From positions 1 through 64,000 of the forward strand of contig LVLI01000388.1 of NCBI GenBank assembly GCA_001687465.1: a stretch of DNA of 64,000 bases. The letters run 5' to 3'. Shown one piece after another: positions 62,001 to 64,000 of this stretch; positions within the stretch are counted from its first letter, which is position 1; each line of letters starts with the position of its first letter. The stretch comes from Halocafeteria seosinensis. Lineage: Eukaryota. Made by a program: the position numbers and the translations under genes. The notes beneath the pieces were generated by a model. The model ran no database searches, was not told where the DNA came from, and worked only from the letters and a program-made list of their open reading frames with translations.

Positions 62001-64000
62001 GGTGTATAGTCCAGTACTTTCATCTCTTCGATGTCTTGTTCATGACTTAACTCTGATGTACTAAATTTCCGTCTGAGAAAGCTTGGTCCTCGGTTGTGCC
62101 TATATCTATGAGCTTCACTAGTGGCAGTTTCACCACTCTGCAAAGACTCGGTTTCCGTTTTGTTGTCTTCTGATTCATCATCTTCTTCCTTTCCGGGAGC
62201 TTGCAAGTTTGTATCAGCATTCCCTTCCTCGACAGGTGGTTCATGCGGAGCTCCTTGAAAGGCTTCGTCTTCGCGTGCGTTACGATCGACATTAGCTTTA
62301 GTCTCTCCATCGTCATTTGTTCCTTCCGCCTCCGGATATTCGTTTCTAACTTTTTTCTTTCGCCATAGTGGCCTCATATCGGAATCCAACTTAAGCTTCC
62401 GATTGTCCCCTTTGTAGGAAAGCGGTAAGTTGGCCACCTCTTCTCCATGTTCACCCTGGTTATGCTTGTCTAGCTTCTCTGCCATACCTTCCGCAAGATC
62501 TTCTCCCTCATTGAGCCATTTTTCCAAGTCTGCCGAGTTACAGCTGCGTTCAGAAGACTCAGAGGCTCGTGATGAGTGTGGATACGCTTGCGGATCGGTA
62601 CTATGTTGCCCTGAAGGGGCATGTTCGTGTGGGACACGACCATTTCGCTGAGTACCAATTTGTTCGTTGTTTGGTATTGCTGGTTTCCGAGATATTGCAT
62701 CTGAATTGTGGACGGGAGTACCGGATGACCCTGGCTTATTCGTTTCAAGAATGCTCTTTCGATGCCCTGTAGTTTCTTCCCGTGTATCCTCGTCCCATCC
62801 AACGATTTTGGAAAAGCGCTTGCCGATTGCTTCCTGGTCATTGTCCGCACCCCCTTTCTGTTGAATTAGTCCGTAACCGGTGTAGTTATCGTAATCATCA
62901 GGACCCCAGTTCCGTTCTTCTTCGAGGTCTTCGGCATTTACTTCTGACTCGATAGTGGAAGACTCCATATCATGTACCTGGCCTTGAATACGACCGAGAT
63001 GACGTGCGTCCCTAACCTTCTTCTTCCGTTTCAGCAACTTCGTTATCTTGTGCCTATGCCAGCAACACCGACAACAGCACCACCAGTGAAATGCGGAGTC
63101 CCATAAAGACTTTAGGGGGTCTTCAACCCTGAACCATAGAGCCCCTCCTAATCGGTACGCCATCTGGAACACAATCGCTCCAGTGATGAACCAGCCAAAG
63201 AGCGCGACAAGATCAAAACCCAGAACTAGCGCGGCAAATGCCCTGCAACAAAAGGCTTCCAACTGTATAAACCAAAACAGCATAAAAGCACTGTCACACA
63301 TACCCATTACTAAATGCCCAGAGAGACACAAGCCGAGTCCTAAACGCAACAAATGTATTCTTGAGCTCTGCTTCTTCTTGGCGCATCTTCTCGCGTTTCC
63401 TGCACTCGAGTGTATGACCTGTTACTCGCACGAGGAGCGGCACATTGGCTAACACATACTCTTCAATTTGCCTCGCAAAACGCTCCTGTTCAACTCTCTC
63501 CACTTCCATATACATCTCATGGTGTACTGAACCCTGCTGGACTGCTGCGCCTACTTCTCCTTCGTATGCCTTCTTTTGCTTGTCGACATTCCGCACAACT
63601 TTTTCCAGATTCCGTATTCGTTTTAGTGTTTGATGATGAGCGGAGGCAAGCTCTTTGTCCCCGAGATCTTCTTTGTTAAACATGTTAACATCCGCACCTT
63701 TGTCCTGGATGTTATAGTGAGCTGCATCTCAAGTTTAGTAGTGTTAAGAAACAGATGGACACAGGCACAGAAATGTGGCCAGCGTACCTGCGGCGAGCTG
63801 CTGTCGGAGATTTCCCTCCCTGCAATAGCATCGTATAACGAAGGATGAAGGACTGTTGTAAGGCTCTAATGCACTAGCAATGTGTTCGAGTGCCTACTTT
63901 GTTCCCCATGACACATCGTGGAGATTCGTTAACGAATAGATTGTGAACATGTTCAGAAATGTCGGAAAAACGAACAAGTACTGTAAAACCAAATTGAGCG
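59095..64000 (-). CDS. CHS: Chitin synthase gene (5'-partial) with two tandem CHS modules, the second degenerate
   Basis: Module 1 end: [36 protein letters not shown]; module 2: [48 protein letters not shown] introns keep one frame throughout. Confidence 0.88.

Noticed and set aside
1..64000. CRISPR arrays, tRNA, rRNA, prokaryotic operons; many short antisense ORFs in the track
   Set aside because: None seen by eye; the DNA has spliceosomal introns, and the short ORFs are shadows of the real genes

Overview
Gene-dense eukaryotic DNA (GT-AG introns, mostly about 60-110 nt), probably from a protist; the chitin synthase and SHAQKYF Myb suggest a stramenopile, but that is inference. About 22 protein-coding genes can be supported: a bacterial-type RNase III, a WW-methyltransferase-ankyrin protein, SDH flavoprotein, HMMR-like and AGTRAP-like proteins, a phosphatase fused to calcyphosine modules, a YqeH/NOA1 GTPase, a single-domain phosphoethanolamine methyltransferase (PMT), Myb-PDZ, a giant EGF/Calx-beta/PA14/filamin protein, GCP4, an LRR protein, a chromodomain protein, USP44/49-like, LAMTOR5, ZSWIM2-like, and a chitin synthase running off the right edge. 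A gene-poor island at about 15.9-21.2 kb holds duplications, decayed coding remnants and a perfect 66-bp hairpin. Best leads: (1) one spliced frame joining a canonical-looking chitin synthase to a second, motif-degenerate chitin synthase; (2) a long structured 5'-UTR intron in the PMT gene whose basal stem overlaps the exon side of the splice donor; (3) a second structured long intron in the adjacent Myb gene; (4) an intronless, probably bacterially acquired RNase III with an extra dsRBD; (5) a lectin-like domain inserted in GCP4. All homology calls rest on motif recognition by eye; no searches or folding programs were run.
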